Of a stretch of DNA of 64,000 nt, positions 43,028-53,361 are shown piece by piece. The notes beneath the pieces are model-generated. The model was given only the letters and a program-made list of their open reading frames with translations, did no database searches and was not told where the DNA came from. This DNA is from an uncultured Gemmatimonadaceae bacterium (lineage in GTDB: Bacteria; Gemmatimonadota; Gemmatimonadetes; Gemmatimonadales; Gemmatimonadaceae): the NCBI GenBank assembly GCA_963761305.1, contig CAVXGK010000002.1:928001-992000 (forward strand). Direction: 5' to 3'. The position numbers were made by a program, and so were the translations under genes. Within the stretch, counting starts at the first letter, position 1. The number at the start of each line of letters is the position of its first letter.

Positions 43028-43447
43028 GTGTCTGCCTCGCCCACGTGCCATGTGCTCGTCGCCGATGACGAACCCCACATTGGCCGCATCATCAAGATGA
43101 AGCTCGAACAGGGGCCGTTTCGCGTCTCGCTCGCCTACGACGGACGCGAAGCGCTCGAAACGCTCGAGCGCGAGCCCGACATCGGTCTCGTGCTGCTGGA
43201 TCTCATGATGCCGCATCTGAGCGGGCTGGACGTGCTCGCCGCGATGCGCCGCGACCGGCGCTGGCAGAAGATCCCCTGCATCATCCTCACCGCCGCCGGT
43301 CAGGAACAGCAGCACACCAGCGCGATGGCGCTGGGCGCGAACGACTTTCTGACCAAGCCGTTCAGCCCCAAGAAGCTGTACGCCCGGGCGGCGCAGCTGG
43401 TCGGATTCGCCGTCGACGACTCGAGCGTCGACGCCCCGCCCGGATGA
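43028..43447 (+). CDS. Single-domain response regulator (receiver only)
   Basis: VLVADDE, LLDLMMP, ILTA and FLTKPFSP, with no output domain. Confidence 0.92.
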   Translation: MSASPTCHVLVADDEPHIGRIIKMKLEQGPFRVSLAYDGREALETLEREPDIGLVLLDLMMPHLSGLDVLAAMRRDRRWQKIPCIILTAAGQEQQHTSAMALGANDFLTKPFSPKKLYARAAQLVGFAVDDSSVDAPPG

Positions 43448-44496
43448 GCCGCTGGGCCGTCGTTCTCGCCGGCGGGGTCGGGTCGCGATTCTGGCCGCTG
43501 TCCACGCCGTCGCGCCCCAAACAGTTGTTGTCATTGGTCACCTCGCAGCCGCTGCTCGCCGACGCAGTGGCGCGGCTTCGTCCCATCGTGTCGTCCGACA
43601 GAACCCTGATACTCACCAATGACACGTTGGTGCCAAGCATCGCCGCATTGCTCCCGGACATCCCTCGGGAGAACCTGGTCGCGGAGCCGCGCCCAGCGGG
43701 AACGGCGGCGGCGCTGACCTGGGCGGCCCAGGAGATCGCTCGCCGCGACGGACCGCAGGCGGTGATGATGTCCGTGCACGCCGACTGGGCGGTAAGCGAC
43801 CCGGCGGGGTTTCAACGCGCGCTCACAGCGGGCGCTGAGATGGCGGAGCGGCACCACGCACTGGTGACGGTCGGCGTCGTCCCCACCCGTCCGGACCCGG
43901 GGTTCGGCTACATCCACCCTGGTGAGCCGATCGACGCGGGCAGCGGAGCGCGGCGCGTAGCGCGGTTCGTCGAGAAACCGGACCGCACGCGCGCCGACCA
44001 GATGTGCCGCGACGGCTATCTGTGGAACTCGGGCATCTTCGTCTGGCGCGTCGGCGACTTTCTGGACGACGTCCGGCGTCTTACGCCCGAGGTGGCGCGC
44101 GCGCTCCACGCGCACTCCGATGACGTCCGCGGGTTCTTCGGCGCCGTCACGCCGGTCTCGGTGGACGTGGGCGTGCTCGAACGGAGCAACCGCGTCGTTG
44201 TGCTCACCGGCGACTTCGGTTGGGACGACGTCGGCACGTGGGGCGCCCTGCGCCGCGTCCGGCCGCACGACGCGCAGGGCAACACGACCCACGGCCGCGC
44301 CTACGCGATCGACGCACGCGACAATGTCGTCCACGCCCCCGGAAATACCGTGGTGATGTACGGAGTCTCCAACCTCGTCGTGGTGGTCGAGGGCGACATG
44401 GTGCTCGTCACGACAGTGGACCGGTCAGCCGATTTGAAAACGCTCATGGACGCCCTGCCCCGCGGCGTCCGCGACGGGGGAGGCGAGCGCGCATGA
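43444..44496 (+). CDS. manC: Mannose-1-phosphate guanylyltransferase
   Basis: LAGGVGSRFWPLS, RFVEKP, WNSGIF and GWDDVGTW. Confidence 0.88.
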   Translation: MSRWAVVLAGGVGSRFWPLSTPSRPKQLLSLVTSQPLLADAVARLRPIVSSDRTLILTNDTLVPSIAALLPDIPRENLVAEPRPAGTAAALTWAAQEIARRDGPQAVMMSVHADWAVSDPAGFQRALTAGAEMAERHHALVTVGVVPTRPDPGFGYIHPGEPIDAGSGARRVARFVEKPDRTRADQMCRDGYLWNSGIFVWRVGDFLDDVRRLTPEVARALHAHSDDVRGFFGAVTPVSVDVGVLERSNRVVVLTGDFGWDDVGTWGALRRVRPHDAQGNTTHGRAYAIDARDNVVHAPGNTVVMYGVSNLVVVVEGDMVLVTTVDRSADLKTLMDALPRGVRDGGGERA

Positions 44497-45725
44497 GCGC
44501 CGTGTACCTCTACGACGACGCGGTGGCGCGGAACTTCGAGCCGTTCGCCACGACGCGCCCCGTGTCGGAGCTCGTGGCCGGCATCGCGCTCATCCGCGAG
44601 CGCTGGCGCCAGGCGATGCAGCCGAGCGACGGCGTGTTCTTCATGGCCGGCGAGCGCCACGCGGACTTCGACGAACCCGGCGCGACCGCCGCGAGCGGCG
44701 TCATCCCCGCCGGGTCGATCGTCGTCAACAGCCGGTGCGTGCCCCAACTGCCGGCGGATCCACAGTCCGTGGCGCGTCGCGTCGCGCCGTGCACGATGTG
44801 GCGGTGCGGCAATCGCATGGCCGCGCTCCGACTTCGCGAGCCGATGGACGTCCTCGAATTCGCCAACGGCTCGTTCTCGCTCGACGAGATCGCCGCCGGC
44901 ACCGGCGCGATCGCCGAGGTGCACGGCTGGTGGCTGGACGAGGTGTGGGATCTCATCCGGCTGATGAACGAGCAGGTGACGCACGACATTCCGATCGCGA
45001 CGCGCGGCATGTCGGGCTCTCTGCCGCGAGAGGCGACCATTTTCGGCGACCAACCGGTCTTCGTCGCGCAGGACGCCGTGGTCGAACCGCACGTGGTCCT
45101 CGACGCGTCGGCCGGGCCGATCATGATCTCGGAGGGGTCGCACGTGCGCGCGTTCACGCGGATCAGCGGACCGTGCTACATCGGCCGGCACGTGACGGTG
45201 ATGGGCGGCGACGTGACGGGCTGCTCGATTGGCGACTGGTCGAAGGTGCGCGGCGAGTTGAGCACGAGCGTCGTCGTCGGCCACTCCAACAAGGGACACG
45301 ACGGGTTCGTCGGCCACTCGTATCTCGGCCGCTGGGTGAACATCGGCGCCGGGACGATCACGAGCAATTTGAAGAACACATACGGTCCGGTGGCGATGTG
45401 GACGCCCGACGGCGTGCGCGACACCGGCATGCAGTTCCTCGGCACGATGTTCGGCGATCACGTGAAGACCGGCATCGGGCTTCGTCTGACGACGGGCACG
45501 GTGGTCGGCGCGGGATCGAATCTCTACGGCGCGATGCCGCCCAAGGTGGTGGCGCCGTTCTCGTGGGGCGACGGTTGGCCGTATCAGGTACACCACGCCG
45601 ACAAGTTCATCGAGGGCGCCGTGCGCATGATGTCGCGCCGATCCGTTACGTTGAGTGACCGGGCGCGGCGGCATCTCGCCGCGACGCACGCCAGCCGGTG
45701 GGTCCTCGAGGAGCGCGACGCGTGA
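44493..45725 (+). CDS. Alternative GlmU-like sugar nucleotidyltransferase/acetyltransferase with hexapeptide repeats
   Basis: PFATTRPVSEL N-domain, NKGHDGFVGHSYLGRWVNIGAGTITSNLKN and GDHVKTGIG. Confidence 0.85.
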   Translation: MSAVYLYDDAVARNFEPFATTRPVSELVAGIALIRERWRQAMQPSDGVFFMAGERHADFDEPGATAASGVIPAGSIVVNSRCVPQLPADPQSVARRVAPCTMWRCGNRMAALRLREPMDVLEFANGSFSLDEIAAGTGAIAEVHGWWLDEVWDLIRLMNEQVTHDIPIATRGMSGSLPREATIFGDQPVFVAQDAVVEPHVVLDASAGPIMISEGSHVRAFTRISGPCYIGRHVTVMGGDVTGCSIGDWSKVRGELSTSVVVGHSNKGHDGFVGHSYLGRWVNIGAGTITSNLKNTYGPVAMWTPDGVRDTGMQFLGTMFGDHVKTGIGLRLTTGTVVGAGSNLYGAMPPKVVAPFSWGDGWPYQVHHADKFIEGAVRMMSRRSVTLSDRARRHLAATHASRWVLEERDA

Positions 45726-45735
45726 CGCGCGATCT

Positions 45736-46545
45736 ATGAAGCTCTGGATGCTGGGCAGCGGCAGCCGAGGAAACGCGATTCTCGTCGAGTGCGACGGGTC
45801 GCGCATCCTGATCGACTGCGGCTACGGCACGCGGACGCTGGCCGGCCGTCTCAAGACGATCGGCATGAAGGCGGATTCGATCGACGCGTGTGTGATCACG
45901 CACGAGCACTCCGACCACGTGCACGGCGCCAAGTCGGCGATGAAGCGGTGGGGGTGGGAGCTGTACGCGACGCCGGCGACCGCGCGCGCCGCGAAACTGG
46001 CCGGCGCGCACGTGAACCGGTTCGCCGCCGGCACGACGATCGATTTTCCGACGATGACGGTGAGCACGACGCCGACGCCGCACGACGCGCACGAATCGGT
46101 GGGCTTCGTCGTGACGAGCAAGTCCACGGGCGCGCGCGCCGGACTGTTTTACGACCTTGGCCACGTGAGCCGCGCGATCGCGCGGGCGTGCACGTCGCTC
46201 GACATCCTGGTCCTCGAGTCGAACCACGACGCCGACATGCTGCGCGCCGGGCCGTATCCGCCGTGGCTGCAAGCCCGCATCGCGTCGCGCGTCGGGCACC
46301 TGAGCAATCACGACGCGGCTGTGTTCGCGCGCGACGCGGTGACGCGCCAGACGAATCATCTGGTGCTGGCGCACCTGAGCGAGACATGCAACACGCCGCG
46401 CGTCGCGCTCACCAACATGCGTGCCGCGCTCGCCAAGTCGCGCTTCAAAGGAACGCTCACGGCGGCGAAGCAGGACGACGTCGTCGGTCCGTTCGTCCCC
46501 GGCGCGGCGCGCGCCGAGAAGCCGGTGCAATACGCGTTGTTCTAG
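45736..46545 (+). CDS. MBL-fold metallo-hydrolase (YycJ/WalJ-like)
   Basis: SGSRGN, THEHSDH, PHDA, LESNHD, GHLSN and LAHLS. Confidence 0.9.
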   Translation: MKLWMLGSGSRGNAILVECDGSRILIDCGYGTRTLAGRLKTIGMKADSIDACVITHEHSDHVHGAKSAMKRWGWELYATPATARAAKLAGAHVNRFAAGTTIDFPTMTVSTTPTPHDAHESVGFVVTSKSTGARAGLFYDLGHVSRAIARACTSLDILVLESNHDADMLRAGPYPPWLQARIASRVGHLSNHDAAVFARDAVTRQTNHLVLAHLSETCNTPRVALTNMRAALAKSRFKGTLTAAKQDDVVGPFVPGAARAEKPVQYALF

Positions 46546-46547
46546 GT

Positions 46548-46584
46548 CTCCGCACTCCGTCTCCGTACTCCGTACCCGCACTCG
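46548..46584. repeat. Degenerate 6-7-bp tandem array (CTCCGYA)
   Basis: ctccgca ctccgt ctccgta ctccgta cccgca ctcg. Confidence 0.7.
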
Positions 46585-46589
46585 AAAGC

Positions 46590-46620
46590 AAAACGGGCCG
46601 CCCAAAGGGCGGCCCGTTTC
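46590..46620. terminator. Probable bidirectional intrinsic terminator between the convergent MBL-hydrolase and groEL genes
   Basis: AAACGGGCCGCCC-AAA-GGGCGGCCCGTTT is a perfect 13-bp stem. Confidence 0.88.
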
Positions 46621-46637
46621 ACTTCGGTGTGCCTTGC

Positions 46638-48329
<1,692 letters not shown>

Positions 48330-48363
48330 TCACCGCCGATCTGCTTGCGTCAGGACGCGAATC

Positions 48364-48666
48364 TCAGGACAGCACCGCGAGCACATCGGACTCGCGGAGG
48401 ATCAAATACTGCTCGTTGTCGATGGTGACCTCGGTGCCGCTGTATTTCCCGTACAGGACCTTGTCGCCGACCTTGACGTCCATCGGGACGCGCTTGTCCT
48501 TCTCGAACCGGCCGGGGCCCACGGCGATGATCTCGCCCTGCTGCGGCTTTTCCTTTGCCGTGTCCGGGATATACAGACCGCCCCGCATCTGCTCGGTCTC
48601 CTCGAGCGCGCGAATGACGACGCGGTCGGCCAACGGGTTGACCTTGATGCTGGTCTTGGTGGCCAT
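48364..48666 (-). CDS. groS: Co-chaperonin GroES
   Basis: [20 protein letters not shown] and [10 protein letters not shown]. Confidence 0.98.
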   Translation of the reverse strand: MATKTSIKVNPLADRVVIRALEETEQMRGGLYIPDTAKEKPQQGEIIAVGPGRFEKDKRVPMDVKVGDKVLYGKYSGTEVTIDNEQYLILRESDVLAVLS

Positions 48667-48720
48667 ACTGGGTGCTCCTCCTTGCTCTGGCTGCGATGAC
48701 GTGAAAGCGAAATGGGACTC

Positions 48721-48747
48721 TTAGCACTCACTTCACGCGAGTGCTAA
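48721..48747. promoter_or_regulatory. CIRCE element (HrcA operator)
   Basis: Exact TTAGCACTC-N9-GAGTGCTAA upstream of groES. Confidence 0.95.
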
Positions 48748-48756
48748 CAGCACTCA

Positions 48757-48785
48757 AGTTTACGGACGTCCGGGCGCCGAGTCAA
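48757..48785 (-). promoter_or_regulatory. sigma70 promoter of groESL
   Basis: TTGACT-17 bp-TAAACT directly upstream of CIRCE. Confidence 0.8.
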
Positions 48786-48836
48786 GCGCGGCTGTAACGC
48801 CGCTGCAACAGCCGCAAATCTTTCCCGTAAAACGAT

Positions 48837-49628
48837 TTATAGGCGTCGGTCGCGCGCCGACAGCAGGCTGTACGCGATGGCCAGCCCCTGCAACGTAAGG
48901 TGCGGCTCCACCCGCTCGAACGACTTGCACAGGACCGCCATCGTCGTGGCCATCCCGCCGGTGGCGATGACCGTCGGCGCCGTGGCGCGCGGCCATTCGG
49001 CCCTGATGCGCGCCACGATTCCGTCGATGGCGTCGGCGGCCCCGAACATCACGCCGGCGCGAATGCACTCCTCCGTGCGACGCCCGATGACGCGCGCCGG
49101 AATCGTCAGCTCCGTCGCCGGCAGCTTCGATGTGCGGCGCGTGAGCGTCTCCGACGACGTCACGACACCCGGCGCGATCACGCCGCCGAGGAACACGCCG
49201 TCGGACGTGATGCAGTCGAACGTCGTCGCGGTCCCCAGATCCACCACGATCGCGTCGCGGCCATACAGACGGCTCGCCGCCAGTGTGTTGATCAAGCGAT
49301 CGGCGCCCACGGTCATCGGTTCGTCGACGTCGAGTTTGATCGGCAATCGTGACGACGCGTCGACAATGAGGGGCGCGCCGACCGGGAAGTACGCTTGACA
49401 TCCATCGCTCAACGGGCCCGTCACGCGCGGCACGACGGAGCCGATCGCCACTCCGTCGACCGCGTCGGGGAGAAACTCGCTCGCCGCGAGCAGCGAGCGA
49501 AGGAGCACGCCGAATTCGTCGGGCGTGCGCGCGACGTCGGTCATGACGCGCCAGTGCCCGCGAAGCTCCGTTTCCTGGAACAGCCCGATGGTCAGTTCCG
49601 TGTTGCCGACGTCGAAGACGAGAATCAC
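48837..49628 (-). CDS. coaX: Type III pantothenate kinase
   Basis: DVGNT, SVVP, GADRL, VDLGTATTFD and IATGG. Confidence 0.95.
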   Translation of the reverse strand: MILVFDVGNTELTIGLFQETELRGHWRVMTDVARTPDEFGVLLRSLLAASEFLPDAVDGVAIGSVVPRVTGPLSDGCQAYFPVGAPLIVDASSRLPIKLDVDEPMTVGADRLINTLAASRLYGRDAIVVDLGTATTFDCITSDGVFLGGVIAPGVVTSSETLTRRTSKLPATELTIPARVIGRRTEECIRAGVMFGAADAIDGIVARIRAEWPRATAPTVIATGGMATTMAVLCKSFERVEPHLTLQGLAIAYSLLSARDRRL

Positions 49629-50398
49629 GTCGCCTCCTCCCCGCCCTGAAGCACGAGAGATCCGGCGCGCACCGCCGCGATGCGCGACCCGGTGTTGATG
49701 AGCAGCGCTCCGGTCGAGTCGATGCCGGCCACCCGGCCAGCGACCGGCTCGACACACCCCCGCCCGACCGCAAAATCACGCGTCGCGAACTCGGCTAGCT
49801 CCGCCTCGGTCAGATGACCCGCGGTCGTCGTCGCCGCGTGCAGCAACGGCACCACGGCGCGCAGCACATCCAAACGCTTGGTGCCCCGCGCGAGACCGAT
49901 GGCGCGCTCCTCGCGCGCCGGCTCGCGGCAATTGATGCCGACGCCGACGGCGATCCACTCCACCGCGCCGTCACGCCAGCGCGCTTCGGCGAGCACGCCG
50001 GCGAGTTTGCGACCCGCCGAGTAGACGTCGTTGGGCCATTTGAGACGCACGGGCTCGACGGCGAAGCGATCGAGCGCCCGCGCGAGCGCCAGTCCGACGC
50101 GCAGCGACAGAACGTCCGCCGACGCCGGGTCCGTCGGTCGTTCGATCATCGTGAGCCACACGCCCGCGCCGGGCTCCGAGGTCCACGTTCGCCCTTGCCG
50201 TCCGCGCCCGCTCTTCTGCTCGTCCGCGAGCACGAGCGTCCCGGCGGGCGCACCGTCCGACGCCAATCCGTGCGCCACGTCCTGCGTCGACGACACCGTC
50301 GCCAGCAGTTCTATGCTCGGCACGCCGAGCAGCGCCCCCAGTTCGCGGGCCGTCGCTCCGTCGTACCGCACGACCCCGCCATCGTCGGCGTTCGTCAT
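49625..50398 (-). CDS. birA: Biotin--protein ligase (no N-terminal HTH)
   Basis: SSTQ, QKSGRGRQGRTW, KWPND, KLAGVL and GVGIN. Confidence 0.92.
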   Translation of the reverse strand: MTNADDGGVVRYDGATARELGALLGVPSIELLATVSSTQDVAHGLASDGAPAGTLVLADEQKSGRGRQGRTWTSEPGAGVWLTMIERPTDPASADVLSLRVGLALARALDRFAVEPVRLKWPNDVYSAGRKLAGVLAEARWRDGAVEWIAVGVGINCREPAREERAIGLARGTKRLDVLRAVVPLLHAATTTAGHLTEAELAEFATRDFAVGRGCVEPVAGRVAGIDSTGALLINTGSRIAAVRAGSLVLQGGEEAT

Positions 50399-50420
50399 GT
50401 GTGTGTGTTGTGGGATTCGG

Positions 50421-51206
50421 TCAGCGAGTGAAGGCAATGATCAGCACGATCAATCCGACGATGATGCGATAGGCCGCGAACACGCCGTAGCTCCGGCGAG
50501 TCACGAACCGGAGGAGCACGGTGATGGCCAGCCAACCGCTGATGGCCGAGGCGATCACCCCGGCGACGAGTGGGGCGGTCAGGCCTTCCGTCTTGAGCAC
50601 GTGCGGCAGCTTGAGCAGCGCGGCCGCGGCGATGATCGGCATACTCATCAGGAAGCTGAACACGGCGGCGTCTTCGCGCGTGAAGCGGAGCGCGCGTCCC
50701 GCCGTGATCGTCGATCCGGAGCGCGAGACGCCCGGAATGATCGCGAACATCTGGGCCAGACCGACCAGCAGCGCGTCGCGCGCGCGCATCGACGGCAGTT
50801 GACGATCCGAGGCAGCCGATTTGTCGACCCACCAGAGCACGACCCCCATCACCACGAGCACCGCGGCGATCAGGCGCGGATCGCGAAAGGTCGTGTCGGC
50901 CTGTTTCTCCAGCGCGAGCCCGGCGATCGCGCCGGGAATGGTCGCGATGATGAGATAGCCGACGCGCCGTCGCTCCTCCGGGGTTCCCTGCCCGACCGCC
51001 GCGCGCGCGAGCGCGATCCACTGGGCGCGGAAGTACCAGAGGACGGCGATGAGCGTGCCGACGTGGAGCGCCACGTCGAACGCCAGGCCGGGATCCTCCC
51101 AATGCAACAGCCACGGCACGAGCGCCAGGTGCGCCGAGCTGCTCACCGGCAGAAACTCGGAGAGGCCCTGCACGATCCCGAGGACGATCGCGTGCGTGAG
51201 GCTCAC
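50421..51206 (-). CDS. uppP: Undecaprenyl-diphosphate phosphatase
   Basis: QGLSEFLPVSSSAH and PGVSRSGSTI. Confidence 0.95.
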   Translation of the reverse strand: MSLTHAIVLGIVQGLSEFLPVSSSAHLALVPWLLHWEDPGLAFDVALHVGTLIAVLWYFRAQWIALARAAVGQGTPEERRRVGYLIIATIPGAIAGLALEKQADTTFRDPRLIAAVLVVMGVVLWWVDKSAASDRQLPSMRARDALLVGLAQMFAIIPGVSRSGSTITAGRALRFTREDAAVFSFLMSMPIIAAAALLKLPHVLKTEGLTAPLVAGVIASAISGWLAITVLLRFVTRRSYGVFAAYRIIVGLIVLIIAFTR

Positions 51207-52393
51207 GCGGCGCCGTGTGGGACGTGGGCGGTGTGTCGCGCGGCGTTGCGTTCCGCGCGCGACGGCGATCCCAACGTGTACTCGTAGAACGCCTCGTACT
51301 CGCCGACGATCTCGTCGAGCGAAAAGCGCTCACGCGCATCGCGCGCGGCGAGATCGCTCATCGCGTGCCAGCGCGCGCGGTCGCGAAGCACGCCGACGGC
51401 CGCCGCCGACATCGCGTCGATGTCGCCCACTTCGCAGAGGAATCCCGTCTCGCCGTCGCGGATTACTTCGGGAAGTCCGCCGGTCTTCGTGCCGATGACG
51501 GGAACGCCCGACGCCAGCGCCTCGAGCGCGCTCAGGCCGAACGACTCGGTGCTCGACGGCAGGAGGAAAAGATCGGCCCCGGCCAGCAGCGGCGCGACCG
51601 CGTCGATCTTGCCGAGGAAGAAGACTTTGTCCTGGATGTCGAGCGCGCGCGCTTCGGCCTCGGCGTCGACGCGATCGGGACCGTCGCCGACCATCATGAG
51701 GACGGAGGGAATTTCCCGCTCCACCTGGGCGAAGATCTTGATCACGTCGGTCACGCGTTTCACGGCGCGAAAGTTCGACACGTGCATGAGCACGCGTTTG
51801 CCCGCATCCACCTGCTCGGTGAAGATCGACGGGTAGCGCGACCGGTCGTAGACCTCGGGGTCGACGAAGTTCGGGATGACCTCGATGCGGCACGCCGTGC
51901 AGCCGAAGGTCGTCAGCGTCTCCGTCTGGAGATAGCGGCTCACGGCCGTAAGGCCGTCCGACTTCTCGATTGAGAATTTCGTGATCGGCCGGAACGACGG
52001 ATCCTGCCCGACGATGGTGATGTCCGTGCCGTGGAGCGTCGTCACCACGCGGATGTCGCGCAGCGATTGCTTGAGCATTTCCTGCGCGATCCAGGCGCTG
52101 GTCGCGTGCGGAATCGCGTAGTGGCAATGCAGGAGATCGAGCCCGTGCGCCAGCGTGACCTCGTGCATGCGCACGGCGAGCGCCAGGTCGTACGGCGGAT
52201 ACTCGAACAACGGGTACCGCCCGACGTCCACTTCATGGAAGTAGATCCCCGGCGTGAACGCCGGGAGACGGAACGGCTGCTGGTACGTGATGAAATGGAC
52301 CTCGTGGCCACGGCGGGCCAGCGCGATGCCGAGCTCCGTGGCGAGCGCCCCCGAACCACCGTACGTCGGGTAGCAGGTGATGCCGACCTTCAC
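51203..52393 (-). CDS. bshA: N-acetyl-alpha-D-glucosaminyl L-malate synthase (bacillithiol)
   Basis: MKVGITCYPTYGGSG, HYAIPHA, TTLHGTDIT, SNFRAVKR and ESFGL. Confidence 0.93.
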   Translation of the reverse strand: MKVGITCYPTYGGSGALATELGIALARRGHEVHFITYQQPFRLPAFTPGIYFHEVDVGRYPLFEYPPYDLALAVRMHEVTLAHGLDLLHCHYAIPHATSAWIAQEMLKQSLRDIRVVTTLHGTDITIVGQDPSFRPITKFSIEKSDGLTAVSRYLQTETLTTFGCTACRIEVIPNFVDPEVYDRSRYPSIFTEQVDAGKRVLMHVSNFRAVKRVTDVIKIFAQVEREIPSVLMMVGDGPDRVDAEAEARALDIQDKVFFLGKIDAVAPLLAGADLFLLPSSTESFGLSALEALASGVPVIGTKTGGLPEVIRDGETGFLCEVGDIDAMSAAAVGVLRDRARWHAMSDLAARDARERFSLDEIVGEYEAFYEYTLGSPSRAERNAARHTAHVPHGAA

Positions 52394-53361
52394 CGACTCC
52401 CTCGCGCCGAGGTCCGATCACCCGAGTGGACCATCCCGGTCGTCCACCGCTCGACGACTTCCTTCCAATCGCGCGCCAGCGGATCGACCGTCAGAACGCG
52501 GTCCGGCGGCAGCTGATGGCGGAACCACGTTCGCTGGCGCTTGGCGTACTGGCGCGTGTCGATGCGAATCGCCTCGCGCGCCTGGTCGCGCGTGAACTCT
52601 CCGAGCACCATGCGTCGCACGGCCTCGTACCCCGTCGCCTTCCACGCCGGCGCGTCCGGTGGAACCGAATGCATGAGTCGCTCGACCTCGTTCGGCCATC
52701 CAGCATTGAGCATCGCGTCGAGCCGCGCGCCGATTCGTTCCGCCAGCGCGGGACCCGGATCCACCACAAGATAGTGCGGGCGCCAACGTGGGCTCGCCGC
52801 GGTTCGGTGGGCGGCGTGGAGGTGACTCATCCGACGCCCGGTCAGGAGCGCGATCTCCGTCGCCCGCAACAGCTGCGCGCGCCCGAGGTGCGCGCGCGCC
52901 GGATCGAGCCGCTCGACCCATCGGCGCAGTTCGGCCGTGGCGAGCGCGGCGAGCTGCGGTTCGAGCCGCCGCCGTTGCTCGGGATCGATCGGCGGCTCGG
53001 TGAACAGACCTTCGAACAGCGCCCGCAGGTACAGCCCCGTGCCACCGACGACCAGCGGCGCGCGACCCTGCGCGAGCGAATCCGCGATCCACGCTTCCGC
53101 GCCCTGTGCCCACGCAGCCGACGAATAGCGCACCGTCGGCTCCACGACGTCGATGCCCGCGTGCGGCACGCGGTCGCGTTCCTCCGGCGTTGGCTTCGCC
53201 GTGCCGATGTCGAAGGCGCGATAGACCTGCCGCGAGTCCGCGCTGACGATCGTGACCGGCGAGCGCTCGGCGAGCCACATCGCGATCGCGCTCTTGCCGC
53301 TCGCCGTCGGCCCGCAGATCACTCCGACGTCAGTGGCGGCCGAATCGTCGGTCGATCTCAT
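52390..53361 (-). CDS. miaA: tRNA dimethylallyltransferase
   Basis: GPTASGKS, SADSRQVY, DIGTAKP, VGGTGLY and YAKRQRTWF. Confidence 0.96.
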   Translation of the reverse strand: MRSTDDSAATDVGVICGPTASGKSAIAMWLAERSPVTIVSADSRQVYRAFDIGTAKPTPEERDRVPHAGIDVVEPTVRYSSAAWAQGAEAWIADSLAQGRAPLVVGGTGLYLRALFEGLFTEPPIDPEQRRRLEPQLAALATAELRRWVERLDPARAHLGRAQLLRATEIALLTGRRMSHLHAAHRTAASPRWRPHYLVVDPGPALAERIGARLDAMLNAGWPNEVERLMHSVPPDAPAWKATGYEAVRRMVLGEFTRDQAREAIRIDTRQYAKRQRTWFRHQLPPDRVLTVDPLARDWKEVVERWTTGMVHSGDRTSARGSR

